Positions 63,967-64,000 of a stretch of 64,000 nucleotides of DNA are shown here, piece after piece; position 1 is the first letter of the stretch; each line of letters begins with the position of its first letter. The notes beneath the pieces were generated by a model, which was not told where the DNA came from, searched no databases, and saw nothing but the letters and a program-made list of their open reading frames with translations. The position numbers and the translations under genes are program-made. This stretch comes from an uncultured bacterium (lineage in GTDB: Bacteria; Caldisericota; Caldisericia; JAAYUI01), in contig CBDUSO010000006.1 in assembly GCA_965370295.1 (NCBI GenBank), forward strand, positions 846 to 64,845. The letters run 5' to 3'.

Positions 63967-64000
63967 ATGAAACTTCCACCAAGACTAAAGAAGTTAGAAG
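63967..64000 (+). CDS. rnpA: RNase P protein component, 5' fragment (truncated by window end)
   Basis: MKLPPRLKKLE... begins 43 nt after rpmH. The position and the basic N-terminus fit rnpA, but only 11 codons are visible. Confidence 0.35.
   Translation, partial: MKLPPRLKKLE

Overview
This 64-kb window is an AT-rich (about 40% GC) bacterial chromosomal segment. All identifications rest on motif recognition by eye, since no database search could be run. Housekeeping loci are densely packed and often overlap translationally:
- hpf-secA-prfB-selB-selC
- trkA/trkA/trkH
- an ECF sigma factor followed by fabD
- mglBA
- guaB, rpe, uvrC, coaD, rsmD
- a tRNA cluster (Ile-GAT, Ala-TGC, Ala-GGC), then leuS
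- ychF-sucDC-rluD
- pcrA-rpoD-dnaG-ppdK
- rpmH-rnpA at the 3' edge
Interspersed are large secreted or surface proteins. They share tandem copper-amine-oxidase-N-terminal-like (CuAO-N-like) modules: a gingipain/C25-like peptidase, a 2031-aa M28-peptidase protein with an embedded TlpA-like thioredoxin domain, and two others. No rRNA genes, CRISPR arrays, transposases or integrases were seen. The most unusual sequence-level observations are these:
- Two perfect 101-bp tandem repeats each carry the last 45 nt of the tRNA-Ala(TGC) gene and lie directly beside the intact gene.
- A roughly 150-bp palindromic MITE-like (miniature inverted-repeat) element occurs in two distant intergenic copies.
- selB is immediately followed by tRNA-Sec (a UGA-decoding, long-variable-arm tRNA).
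- prfB carries the classic programmed +1 frameshift site (AGGGGGTTTCTTTGAC).
- There is a trio of small membrane-protein genes, each with its own C5/G5-stem terminator.
- dnaG and rpoD overlap by about 200 nt within low-complexity sequence that codes Glu-rich in one frame and Lys-rich in the other.
- The pcrA/uvrD-like helicase has no canonical start codon upstream of its Walker A motif.
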